Source of the DNA: Takakia lepidozioides
Taxonomy: Eukaryota; Plantae; Bryophyta
DNA length: 64,000 nt
Direction: 5' to 3'
Assembly: GCA_030704615.1 (NCBI GenBank)
Contig: CM060732.1
Span: forward strand, 45,198,001 to 45,262,000
Positions 1 to 12,128 of the stretch are shown here, piece after piece (position 1 is the stretch's first letter; every line of letters begins with the position of its first letter). The notes beneath the pieces were generated by a model, which had not been told where the DNA came from, made no database searches, and saw only the letters and a program-made list of their open reading frames with translations. The translations under genes were made by a program, and so were the position numbers.

Positions 1-3000
1 TTGTGATGCTCCTAAGTGCAGGTGTATACGAAACTTCGTGTACCCATGTAGACTCCTCACTAGTGACATAATTTTAGCAGCCAGCCTCAACCTTGTGCAA
101 CCACGTTCCTTTTAGGCTACAAAACCCTGGCCTGATGGCAGGATGCAATAACATTTTGTTCACAGTTCAGACACGGGTTTGGGATAGATAGGCTTACCTG
201 GAACTGGAAGACCTGCAATATGTGCCTCAATTAAAATGACAGCTCGCTTATAATTAATCTGCAAAGGTTCACACATTGCATGGTTTTACCTTTCCACCAG
301 AAGTGATGGGATGCAATTTGATTACAAGCTGACACATGCTCAATAGTGTTTTCATTTCACAGAGCATGACTTCAAGCCCTCTAAATCTGAATGCTTTCGA
401 ATGAACTTCCAATTAGCACAGAAGACGGTCTGCAGCTCTTACCTTCTACAAACACACCAAAGAGATCAAGAGCCAGGATTAAACTCCGAAACTAGGGTGA
501 TCAAATGACGGGCCACATACTGTAGGAAAGCGCAGAATTGCAAGTGATTGATAACGGAGCCACAGGTGCAGCAATCTGATGAATGCCCACGTTGTCACTA
601 GCTCCCAGTAAGATGTTGATATCCCTGGGGAACCCTGCATGTAATTGGCTATCAGACTTTCAGTACCAATCCATTTATTAGTTTCCCATTGCAGTGAGGT
701 CACGTGCCAGCACGAGCCACTTACGACTCCATTGCATCAACAAAGAAAGAAACGAAGAAACTTAACAGTGAGAGAGTCTCAAAACTCACAAGGAGCAGCA
801 CACCCAGTCCAAGACCGACGAGTTGAGCAGCAACACCCCAGACCTCCTCCTGCGGGAATGTATGAAGATGAATGTACATGGCCAATAAATAATGTGGATT
901 AAACTAAACAACGGACTTCAAATTTCGTCTGATGGATTTTGTCTTGATAGCTCATAGAAGCCACAGGTTTGGAAACCGAATGTAGACAAAGAGGACCTCC
1001 TCATAGGCTTTCCTGTGGCTGATTAATGACTCTCTGGCCACTTCACTGTATAAAGATATCCAGAATGCATGGTGGAGAGTTCGTCATTTTATTTTGAACA
1101 ATGTTTTACCTTGGCAGCAACATCTCCCACATTTTCTGCTACTGCAAAATGATTCTGAATCACCCGGAAAGAGGGGTCCTTAAGACCCTTTGCTATTGCC
1201 TGCATGCCAGGTTCACAGAGATCAACCAATGCATTTAATGACAGCTAGACTAAATGTGAAGAAGTACACATCAAGTTTATGAAACTATTAGTGCTCTGCA
1301 ATGATATGCCCAATTGGTGTGGAGGTGGACGCTCGAGGAGTGTCCTGTGGGCAAGAGATCCCTTGTGCTTTCGTGACAAACACTACTCTTTTTGAGCCCA
1401 TTCCCTCTATGCAGACTACTCACCGCTTCTGAGAAACCTTGACTCGACTTCGCATGTCATGCATCTTGTAACACTTATGTCCCTACTTGGCCAACAAGGG
1501 ACACCCATACCATCACAATACAGTGGATGAACTCTTTTTCATAGATTGAAACACCGTAACAAGATGCCTCAGAGAAAAGGGGAGGCAAGACCACCGTGTT
1601 TTGCTTGCCTTGGCGAGATTTCCTAACGATGCCAACAGCAGGAAATTCCCAGGGGCAAGTGGGGTACTGAGCTCAAATATACTGCACATACACCGAATAT
1701 TTAGAACGTGCAAAAATGTCCAGCAGAAGTATGACCCACCTACTGAGAAGAGTGTGCAGTTTCCAAAGTGCAAGGGAGCTTACCTGCACAAGGCACTTCA
1801 TAAAGTTTCTTCATTCTTTTCTTTCAATTCATCAGGTGCGCAGTTGTACTGGGAAAAGCTATACCCACAAAAAATGAGTAATTACTCCCCTGTCTAAATG
1901 TTCGTTCACTTGCTACATCATTCAAGGATTTTCAGAGTTCTAGGGGTAGCAGGATCTGCTTGGTTGTTGACAGGTTGCATAATTGTACTCATAAGACGTT
2001 GTTTGCTGTAGCCTTGTGGCCATAGACCCCACGTCCAATTTGGGCGGAACAAACCCCTAAATAGATACTATCTTTGTGAGGGGCTCACTCCGGTAGTGCG
2101 AGTTACCTTGATAGAGACAATTCCAGGGCTTTACGCTCAGCCTCAAGATTTTGAAAGTTGGTGAACAGAGGTGCAGGGACAATGTTCTTGATGGTCTTGA
2201 AGAGGGTCACTCTCTGGTGAGAATATCCCAGATACTGTATCAGAAAATGGATATTGTCTTCAGGCTGCCCGCACTTCGGGCAATTACAATCTCCTCTTCC
2301 TCTCTGCATCTGTTATTGTTCAAAGGTAGGCTTCCCACCCTGAGTTTAAATTTCAGACTAGTGCAGGTAGGCCCTTGGGATCATCCTCAAGGTCCTCGCC
2401 GAGACTGGAAACAAGTTCAGGGAAGTATTATGCCTAACTTCATTTTATCGGACAGTCTTTGGGAATCAGACATGGCTTTGGATGCAACCCACTCCAGGTC
2501 AGCTTCATCTAGTAGGGTCAATTCTTCTGGACTAATATTCAGATATTTGAAAATCTCTTCTACCCCTTTCCGCCAAGACTTAGCCTGTTTAACGACGATT
2601 ATCTTAGGGCATCTGGTATTAGACATCTGATTTAACTGACCCCACCATCTGACCTTGAATTCATCACATCGAGAGCTTAAGGGAGGTATGCCAAACTCCC
2701 CTGAACAGCCACATTAGCTGTTCTCTGACAGGTTGCATAAGTAAGATCTGGATTGTAAAGATTATATTCAAGATAGGAACAAGAACCTCCGGAGACATAA
2801 TGCACCAAGTAGAGAACACTACTGCCGCACCCATTCTACCGCAATTAGATACTGCAAGTAACATTCAAAGAAACGAACTGCTGGCACTGTTGACGAATTG
2901 AAAAAACAAATGAACCGTCAGGGTTAAACCTGCCAGCACTGCCAATAAAGTCGGCGTACATTCGCCATTGCTTGGGATCCTCATCAAAGAGGCTCCCAAA

Positions 3001-6000
3001 CCGACCACCTGGCAACCACAAAAAAAAGCAATTTACCAAGAAAGTTGTGAAAGTTGTGAGGGGTCAACCTGCTGACATTGTTAATAAAGCTGGCGTACAT
3101 TCGCCATTGCTTGGGATCCTCATCAAAAAGGCTCCCAAACCAACCACCTGGCAACCACAAGCCCATTCAAAAGGCCACAACAGTAGCCTGAACCAGCAGC
3201 ATGGCACTTTCAGGCATAGATTTAACAAGCGTCCATGCAGCACCTTACAGGAGACCTGCAATGTCTAAGCAATAATAGCATGAAAACAACAAGGACATCG
3301 GGAGAAAGGTACCGATGAAAAGCCGGCCCACCGCCCCCAGGCCGTCCTTGGTCACCCACCTTGGAAACAGAAACCCACACAGTTAATCACACTCAATCCC
3401 TTCACCAATCAAGACCCAAAAGCAGGATATCAGTATTTAACAGCCTCACCCATGATCACAGAAAGATGTGACCTGGTGGCAAGCTCTAAGGTCTTGAACG
3501 TGGTTCACGGACAAGAGACTCACTTGATAGACGCAGCAGCAGCTGCGGCTGATCCACCACCTCCGCCTATGCCCACTGCCTGGTCTCAATCAGAGAACAG
3601 TAAGGCAAAACAGGTTGAGAGTAGCTACACCTTTACAATCAGGCTAGCTGAGGATGCCTAGCAAGCTTGTTCATACTCGTTAATATCATTTTCAACAGAT
3701 GACCCCTGGTTGAGTGCAACCTGGCACCATCTGCCCACACTCGGCCTGGTCTGTACACTGCTTATCATGCACACATTTGCTACAATGGTAACAGTCTCTT
3801 ACCAACTTTACAACGTGCATTCTATTACTTCGAAATGCAGCTGAAAGACAAAAATTAGGGACATACGACGAGGGGAGAAGAAATGAGGGCATGTGCACAC
3901 CTTGAGGAGGCTGGAAGTGACAAGAGTACTGCAGATCCAGCCAGTCACATTGGTGGGTAATTGCCACAGCATGTATGACAGGTAATCACTGGATACTGAA
4001 TCTGCCACCCACGCGTCGAATTTGCAGAACAAGAGATCAAAAGTGGAGTTGAGTACTTAGAAAAGGTGGACCTCACAAGAATTTTTTTGGCTAGTCAATT
4101 ACGTCATGCCAATTCTCCCTCCACAACACACAGTAAAGATCTACTAGTCTTGGAGTCACTTCACAAGTAATTGAAGAATGACAACTGTCCATTACAAGAG
4201 TATATGCACAGTTGTGTCACCTACATGGTGTTCGGTGTGATGTACGTGGCGTGATTGAAACACTACACATACATGAAAGTTGTCTGGGAGTCTTAAAAGC
4301 TTGCCTTAGAGCTGTCCAATGCAACAATCGGCAGCTTGACATGGAGCTATTGACCCCTACCTTCAGGGAAGGACTGAGGATTCTGAACAGACCACTATCC
4401 CTTGGCAGTATTTCTCCTGGAACAGTTCTGCTGGAACCACTGAACTGAAGTTCACATTTAGAATTCGAATGAAAGCCAGGTGTAAGAAATCTACTTTTGA
4501 AGTCATCTTGGCAAATTTCATGGGAAGTTAGCGAAAGCACAGCGAATGAAAGCAGTCCCCAGAAGAATATAGAACAGAGCAAGTAAAAGAACTGCTTGAA
4601 ACAATGCACCTCCAATCATGAGCTAAAACTGATTGTACCTGGGAATCCAGAAGGTAAAAAGAAATCACGAAGAAACTGAGGCAGACGAATTGGCACCCCC
4701 AACCTTTCCTGTTGGTTCGCAGCGAGCTTGAGCTCATCACTTGTGTTTCCTCCCTCCTCGTCAACCTCCACACAAAGAAGCCCAGACTGGTCATCCACTC
4801 GGTATCTGAAAGGCAACATCCACACTTCCCAGAGGGTCTCATTCAGAATAGTAATGTATTATAAAACATCCAGTGTTTGCTGTCTTCGCCACCATCAGGC
4901 CCACAGATCGGCCATGTGAGTTCCCTTTATCAAAATGTGATGACTTACTGTATGGAGGTAGGCAATCTACTCTTATTTGAGCTTCAGCCTAGTTCTCAAT
5001 TTGAGAGGTTTTTCTAGTCAGTTCTTGATCTGCATTGTCCAAAACAGAGTATGCAGAAGCTCAGAGTTGATATTGCAAGCCTTCAGCTTGTTTGTTTTTG
5101 AGTAACATTTCCTGTGTGACCTTACTTGGCCCCACTCTCCTGCTAAAGGTGAAGAGATAACATCTGCAGGGGGTTTCAGGGCCCCATGGGACAACGTGAG
5201 AAATGAAATGATACTTTATAATGTCTGCGGGAAGCTCTTAGAGCTTATGGGACGAGAGGAAGCATGAAACAAGAAAGAGAGAAGGGTCCGTCACAAGCAG
5301 CCCAAAAACAACTCTGCTCAAGGGATCGTCTCAGAGTCTACACCTCATGCAGACATGGTGCTGGCATTTCTAACTTGGGTTGCTGTATGTGCAGACACCT
5401 TGATTCCTTTCTCAATTTTGTATTACAAAGTGTTGATCCAATGAAAGGGTTAACCATTGGCAAAGATAGACGAGTGTGAGTTCCTGGTACAGCCCAAATG
5501 CTGCATTTGACATTCTTGGTCTGACTACCTTCCATGCACGAGACATTTGCCTAGAGGACTTTATATGAGGAAAACAATTGCACAGTAGATTGTGTTGGAC
5601 TGGCCAAGCAATGACACTGCAGGGGAGCCAAAGAAAATCCAAAGGTGGATTTCTATGAGGCCGATCTATCCATGTGGCACCCACTAGTGATAGAAAATCC
5701 AGGTGCAGCACAGGGCAACCTGCCAACTTCAAAAACATACGTCAGAAACTAAATGTGAACTCATCTGGAAGACAGGTAGCCAGCTGGAAATCTGGTCATG
5801 CCATGTCATTGCAGAGTGAGACTTTAAGATTTTACCACATGTGGTTCGTGTTCCACCACCAAACCTCAATAACAACTAGCCCCCTGTATTCGAGAATCCC
5901 TTGTTAATAATCTGAAATGTGAAGGGACAATATTGTCGAAAGATCACGCAAGATTCACTCACCGGCGCAGAAGCTGGCCACCACGTCGCTCTTGCAGTGA

Positions 6001-6629
6001 TGGTTGTGCTCGACGGTTTTTTTCTGTCCATAACCTGCAAGTTCTTCAAGGTCTTAGCCTTGAAAAGACTTCACAGAATATATGCATATTCAGAACGGGC
6101 CCCCTAGTATTTCTCGGACAAGTCCACTGACTGCCATGCTTCTGCAAATTTCAGACGACTGCTATTCAGGCAGCAATCACTGTCAATCCTCAACAATTTC
6201 CAGCCACCCAACGTACATGTGGAGAGGAAATTTAAATAACACCGAAATTGCAAACCTTCTCTTGTTTCCTCCTTGACTCTTTGTGCTTATCTTTCGATGC
6301 TAGTAAAATTTATAAGCAGATTATGCTGACATTGGAAATGAATGCACTCCCCTTTGCCTTCCAAGAAACAAGACCAATTCAGAACTAGGATTACCTACAC
6401 TGAACACTTACAGTTCTTGAATGCTACTGCTGTTGCCTGGACCTGAATCGCCAGAATCTGCAGCCACTGCCGTTTCCCTATGCTTCACTATCTTTCTTTG
6501 TCTGCTTCTTTTCACCAACCATTTGTCTTCCACTTGAGTTACAACCAAATGCGATGGTACGGATGGACGAGGAAAGACGGCTAAATGCGACCATGCCTGA
6601 GAGCACGGAAGTGCAGCTACCAGGACCAT
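1..6629 (-). CDS. RUS5: ROOT UVB SENSITIVE 5-like (DUF647/RUS family), multi-exon, 3' end beyond the window start
   Basis: Spliced exons read MVLVAALPCSQ.. (ATG 6629) / ..ERRGGQLLRR / YRVDD..FFLPSGFP / DSVSSDYLSYMLWQLPTNVTGWICSTLVTSSLLK / AVG..AAAAASIK / WVTKDGLGAVGRLFIG / GRFGSLFDEDPKQWRMYADFIGSAG / ..NFLLLASLGNLAK / AIAKGLKDPSFRVIQNHFA / EEVWGVAAQLVGLGLG. These match the RUS5 clade as I recall it. The start codon is inferred from splice-phase consistency. Confidence 0.88.
2103..2720 (-). mobile_element. Degenerate LINE ORF2 3' fragment in a RUS5 intron
   Basis: RFKVRWWGQLNQMSNTRCPK..LKFKLRVGSLPLN..CNCPKCGQPEDNIHFL (RT C-terminus plus zinc finger). Same family as the fragments at 39.7-41.2 kb. 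Confidence 0.75.
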
Positions 6630-7261
6630 CACCGCTCTCGCTATCGGCACCCAATTTCCTTCTCCTCTATCCGTCAAAAATTTCTGTTTAGATTGGGTGA
6701 ATCCTGCCAACCCAGAAACGTCTCCCAATCACAATTTTTCTTACGAGCGTCACAAGCACGATTCCCAGCTGGGTGAGGCTCTTGAATATGAAAGTGAAGG
6801 TGGCTGTGCTGCCATAGCCAGGCTGCCGTTAAGTCCCTATAAACACTGAGGTGTATCGTACTTAGGAAATTCATCTTGATTATGCCATTCCTAATGTGCA
6901 GATGTTCCACACTACTGCAATATGGGAACACATATTTCGCGGATGGATGACACACTTGCTAAAGTTGGCAGTTCAGAGTTTATTATAACTACCGTAATCG
7001 ATTCCATAATCGGGACGTTCTTGTGATTGTTGAATATATTCTTGATGGTTGACGTCAGTGCGCTTCAGGCATACAGACGCGACATCCAGATCGGTTCAAG
7101 TTATGTGGGTTTTGTTGTGAGAAGGGAAGAGGCAGACAAGATGCGGAATTTGGACGTGGGTAGTAGAAACTCTTGACATTTTAGGCAATGACTTGTTGGT
7201 GGGTTCCGAGGGGGAAAGACTCAGGGATAGAAACAGATTTGGACTTTTGATTTTGCCCGAG

Positions 7262-10200
7262 ATGTTGCGAGGACTGGGAGAAAGGGAAGTGGGGGCGACC
7301 AGACCGCGATCGCTGGCCAGTCGAGTACGATCAAGTCGAGTTCGGAACCTAGAGCTGGCTAGTCACAAGGAAATTGTAAGCGCTCACAACAGTGGCATCA
7401 ACAGCCTTCAGGTATTTCTATGAGCCCATTGGAGGGGAGTGCCCCTTATACTTTCTCAGCTTTCTGTTCTTCTTTCTCGTCTAATCAGACTGGCGCCGCT
7501 GGGGTAGTCAAAAGGCAACAGCAAGCACAGTCTTTTGATACCCCTCTGTCTCACCCTAGCCACATGTGTCCAATCTACGTTTGACAGAGCAAAATCAGCC
7601 GTGTTGGAATCCACATTGCGCTTTTAGTAGTCTATCATTATCAGTCTTAACATATAGCTCAATCATCCTGAAAGTGAATTGTTGTGGGTCATGTGCGAGG
7701 GCTATGGCTTTTGAAGGCTCGGGTTCATACCCTGCTGCATAGACCCGCTACCAGCTCTGGGAGGATTAATATCTTTCAGGATCCCTGCCCCCAAGCTAAA
7801 TCATAGCCAACGTTCACAGGTGCTGGAGTAATTATAAGGTTTTTGGAGGATTTTGGCTGGATACTAGACTAGCCTCTCCCGAAATTTGTGTGAAGAGTGG
7901 CTGGGTGCATCTGTCCCTGCGATTGTAAAATGAATACTCTAAACCAAATCAGAGGTAAACAATTGTTGCTCCATTTCATTGACCAGGAAACCTGGGCGAG
8001 GGTCTAACAGAATCAGAAGTTCACAAGAAAGTCTTCACTGAGAAGACAAGATCACTGTGAGAGAGTGACGGGTTTTGAGAGATGTGGTTGTGCCTGTAAA
8101 GCTTGCAGAGACAGAGAGTGAGACACACATATAGGCTCATTGTGGCACTCTGACACTAAACTATGGGCAGATTGATTGTACGGAAGCACGCTACTTATTG
8201 GCAGGAGCCTCGGATGGATCAGTTGGGGTGTATGATACGCAGCAAGCCAGCTCCTTTGACAGTAGCCTACAAACTGCCAAGCATGAGGCGCTTTTCACAG
8301 TTGACAAATCTGTGCCACGAGGGCACCTTTACTCTGTGTCCTCAGTTCAATGGTACCCTGTGGATACAGGACTCTTCGTCACAGGCTCATTCGACAAGAA
8401 CATCAATCTTTGGGACACTAATACCCTTCAGGTACAACCCATCCATCTTTGGTTATGGCTAAATTTTCTTCAGTGATGTTGCAAGCCACGGCCCCAGCCC
8501 AAGCTTTGGGGTGGTTCTGTCTTCACCTTGGCAATGAAGGCTCTACACTAGCCTAGGCTCTTAAAAAAATTCTATTTCATCTATCATCAGCATGTTATGA
8601 GTACATCTGCCTTTCTCTTTTTCCTTCAGCCCTCCCCCACACCCCTTGAGGTTAGCTCTTCTGTTTAGCAGACTATGTCTGTCCAATGTATCTCGGCTGT
8701 GGTCCCAGGTGGAGCTACAGTTCAATATGCCAGGGAAGGTGTATGCAATTGCAATGTCTGCCATGGCAAGCACGCACATGCTGGTAGCCGCTGGAACAGA
8801 GGATGTGCGTGTACGCCTTTGTGACTTGGCATCTGGAGCTTTCACGCATACCTTGTCTGGACATCGAGGTGTGAAACCTTACTTTCTGTAATCAAATGAT
8901 TGTTCCTTTGAGGTGCTATTTCTTACAATATCAAAAGCTTACATGTGATGGCTTGCAGATGGAGTGTGGGCAGTGCAATGGTCGGCAGAAAGTGAGTGGG
9001 TACTAGTCACAGGGGGCTGTGATGGTGCCATTCGATTCTGGGACATCCGGCGGGCAGGTTCCTACTTGGTGCTGGATCAGCATCGTTCACAATTTGGGCG
9101 GCGGCCTCTCATATCCAAAATTCAACCTCAAAGGCAGGAACCGGTAAGCTGCCCTCAGCAATGGATGGATGTAGCTGGATTAATTGTACTGCATTCTATG
9201 CTGAGGTGAGTTGTTTTCACTTGCTCTATAAACCTAGCAGAAATCTGGCTATGTTATCTGTGTCAATCATACTTTGTTGAGCTCTTCTGGCAATATGACG
9301 AGTAAGCAGAGCAAGGGGGACAGGAGTAGCTGATTCTTTACAATGCATGCTATCCACTATACAGTTCCGCAAAGCTGGTGGGCCTGGTTGTCATGTTGAG
9401 TTGTTGATGTCTAGAGGGGATACACATAACTTCCAACATGACATACTACAAGTGGTCTTGAAGCCTATGAGCCAAATGCCTGTCTCGTTATATCGATAAC
9501 CAATTTGGGATTATCTGGTGCATTTTCTAAAGATCTGCACTGTCACATGGGCAGGACTGCTTACCATACCATACTAGTTGTGACACATTCAGTTGTATTT
9601 GCAATTGAAGATATGGGTGGTAGGTGTAAAGCTGAAAGGGTTGTTACTAAAAGGAGTTAAGGACAGTTATTTCCTCAGGACAGGCGACGGCTTCAACAAG
9701 TGGCAGTTTTGGGAGAGAACCACCAGGGCAGCAACAAGCAACTAAGCGGGTGAAGATAACCAAGCAGTCTTCGCCGTTAAGAAATGCCATTGCTAGGGAC
9801 TCTGAAGCTCAGAGACAGCACCCAGGCATGGCAACAGCATTGGACCGAGCAACTGCACATCATGGCTCCGTGACTGCGCTGCAAACCACAGATAATGGAT
9901 TGTATCTCTTCAGTGCAGGTAAGGCTACCGAACATGCCTTTGTAACTTCAATATGAAATTCTCAGTGGGATATCACTTCTAGAGTGGTTTTTGTTGTCAT
10001 TTGCTAATAATGTCAGTTAATATAGTTGATAATGAGCTCTTTATCACCATTGGTTGACCTAAGGTGCTATGGAATTTCATGTTAGAGTGCAGAAATTGCC
10101 ATTGTAACACCTGTATAAATTACCTGTATTACAAATTTCTTGGAATTTGACGGAGAGGTGCAGGGACAGATTCAAGAGTTCGGTTATGGGATATTAAGTC

Positions 10201-11599
10201 AGGGTGCAACACCCTTGTAAATTACGAGGCAACGCGAATACGAGCTCATCAGGGGACCCAACTTGCTGTCTCTTCCGATTCTTCCCTGCTCTTTGTTGCA
10301 TCAGCTCATTCAATTCAGGTCAATACTATATCCAACAATTGTAGCCTCATCAATCTTTACTGTATGCATTGGAAGAAGCCTAGTAGGCATGCGTGCATGA
10401 GAAAGAGAGAAGAGAGGGTGTCTTGTTGCGTGGTTAGGAAAAGTAGACAATGCATAACAATTTACTGACAAGGAGGCCAGCAAGAACATCATTGTAATAA
10501 AGAGCACTTCTGACACCTACCAAGACATCTATACTGGTAGTTTATTTCTGACAAGTTGGTTCCAAGATATTTTTTGGCAGTCTATCATCACATCACGGAT
10601 GAGATAGCGAACACTATCACAATATAGACTGGATGACATGACCCCATTTGCTGGTGCAGGCATATGATGTGTGGACAGGGCGATTGCAATCAAAGTTATC
10701 CGGCCACTACGACACTGTGAACTGTTGTGCCTTTCATGCTCAAGATCAGGTTGGAGTTCTCTACTCTGTATACTGGGGTCTATGGTCCCAAGGTAGTTTC
10801 AGTCCATTTTCAGTCCATATTGCTCTCTTTCCTCTCCCATTTTTGCATGTTGTGCTCTTCTCATCTCCATCTCCTTTGAGGTTTGTAAAACATTGTCAGA
10901 ATCCCAACTCCAGCAGCACTTGTTGCATTGCGCCAAATGAAGTAGGATGATCAGTCAAAACCAGTGTAGTGCTTAGGCTGCTATTTTTGTTAGGAAGTAA
11001 GGTATTGCATCCTCCAAGCACCATCTCTGAAGGTTTTTTGGTTATTCTCCGGTTGAAAGTCACAAGTGTATTGAGTTTTACCATACATCACTTACGACTA
11101 AATCTAGAGTAACCTACATTGGACAGTCTGGCAGCATTGCCCTCAACTACTGAGTATAATCTTTTGGGAAGTGACCTTAGAAAGACCTTTTAAGTGTTTT
11201 GACTAAGAGGAAGCATCAGTCATTGCTAACAGCGAAGTACATCTTTTGTGGGGGGTGTTCTGGATGTGGCACAGGAGCTATATAGTGGCAGCAGTGATCA
11301 ACAAATCTTGGTGTGGTCGTCACCTGTGCACATTTATGCTGATCCTGTGAGTTTCAGTACTCGCTTTTTTCCCACCTTTCTTCTTGCTTTGCTAACCATT
11401 GGATTGATTTTCCGAATGGTTTAAGATATTCCAGGCATCTGTTGGATTCCTGATGTGTGGACCTTGCTGAAGGTGTCACAGCATAATTTAATGAAAGGGC
11501 TGTTTTGCGGGTGGGGTGGTGCAGGAAGAGAACAAGCAAGGAGATACCCAGGGAAAGACGAGGGGTGCAAAGGAGGATGAGGATGCTTGGAGTGATTAA
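7262..11599 (+). CDS. ERCC8: WD40 DNA excision repair protein CSA/ERCC8 (ATCSA-1 ortholog), 9 exons
   Basis: Exons approx. 7262-7411, 8171-8431, 8709-8868, 8959-9143, 9679-9918, 10164-10318, 10660-10749, 11275-11346, 11525-11599, all GT-AG. Motifs: HLYSVSSVQWYPVDTGLFVTGSFD, VRLCDLASGAFTHTLSGHR, LVTGGCDGAIRFWDIRR, C-terminal DEDAWSD*. Confidence 0.92.
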
Positions 11600-12128
11600 G
11601 GTCACATAATGAGATTGGAAGAACATAGCTCTGTAGAACGTTGATGGCATTCAACAGGCCTAGATATCTAGATCATTGAGAAAGTGCTTGTACAGCCCAG
11701 ACAGCGAGCACTGGACTTCAGGCTATCTACTCTCAACAAGAGTCTCGCCAGGAAGTCCCTAATATACAACTGTGATTATCCAGTTCTTTGATTCGAGTGT
11801 CCTGGCCTCTCCCTTCCACACAGGTCAAGATCAAAACTCCCGGCATTTTGACCGGCAGCACCGGCCTGCTTTGTCACACACTGTCCACCCACGTACTGAG
11901 CTCCAAATGAAATAAGGAACCTCAGGCAATATTGTTCCCAACAAGAATCTCAATCGATGGGAAGTCCCTAAGACATGTTTGGGATCATAAAATTCAGCTG
12001 CTTCGACACTTACTGTTGATCTGCTCATCAGATTATATATTCTCTATCGATTGCAGCAAAGGATCAATGGTGGATGAGCACATCATGAATGAAGCAAGAC
12101 ACTTACACCTTTCCAGAAAAACATTGTT

